Shown here one piece after another: positions 63,815 to 64,000 of a stretch of DNA of 64,000 nucleotides. The position numbers and the translations under genes are program-made. The first letter of the stretch is position 1. The number at the start of each line of letters is the position of its first letter. Source of the DNA: Elusimicrobiota bacterium (lineage in GTDB: Bacteria; Elusimicrobiota; Elusimicrobia; UBA1565; UBA9628); the NCBI GenBank assembly GCA_016191335.1, contig JACPOW010000051.1, forward strand, positions 12,162 to 76,161. The letters are read 5' to 3'. The notes under the pieces are model-generated. The model made no database searches, had not been told where the DNA came from, and saw only the letters and a program-made list of their open reading frames with translations.

Positions 63815-64000
63815 GACGGCGGAAGGGGATAGGGCCGGGACGGGCGAGAGGCCGGCGACGAAGGAGGCGCTGAGCGAGGCCCGCGGGAGCGCCTGGACCT
63901 GGCCGACCGGGGAGAAGGCGCCGACGGCGGAGGCGGGGACGACGGGGACCCCGCCGGTGTGGACCTGGACGGAGGCGGAGTTGACGACCTGGGCGACGGC

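Overview
High-GC DNA (about 65-70% by eye) from a diderm bacterium, shown by LPS genes (lpxD, two family-9 heptosyltransferases), TolC-type outer-membrane factors, TonB/ExbBD and AmpG. Coding density is high, and many long Arg/Gly/Pro-rich ORFs in the track are antisense shadow ORFs. Recognisable content: ppk1, recQ, a nine-gene same-strand efflux/envelope-stress block (TetR-OMF-RND-ECF sigma-anti-sigma-Spy-like-OMF-MFP-MacB), lpxD, tRNA-His, a pnp-pdp-upp salvage operon, split transketolase, a GMC oxidoreductase cluster, an ExbB-ExbD-ExbD set, NAD-type isocitrate dehydrogenase, malic enzyme and an FprA-like reductase. The strongest novelty candidate is at 23.7-25.7 kb. An FNR-type regulator with a C-x2-C-x5-C motif sits next to three tandem small genes, each with its own terminator. 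Their products are built from 2-3 copies of an AQF-x-x-C-V-W-P-x-x-C module. Each gene has a TTGAT-N4-ATCAA-like box at an identical distance from a -10-like hexamer. Other items: (1) an eight-gene translationally coupled operon at 36.4-43.4 kb with three DUF4178-like proteins, DUF350, a membrane-fused spermidine-synthase-like enzyme and a Tat-signal flavin oxidase; (2) an AT-richer polymorphic-toxin island at 48.2-52.3 kb with four immunity-like genes and a repeated junction; (3) a PQ-loop/uridine-kinase-like/adenylate-kinase fusion; (4) a recurrent '-10 hexamer + 5-7 nt + start codon' pattern suggesting widespread leaderless mRNAs; (5) an lpxD with no canonical start codon. All family calls come from motif recognition by eye, not database searches.
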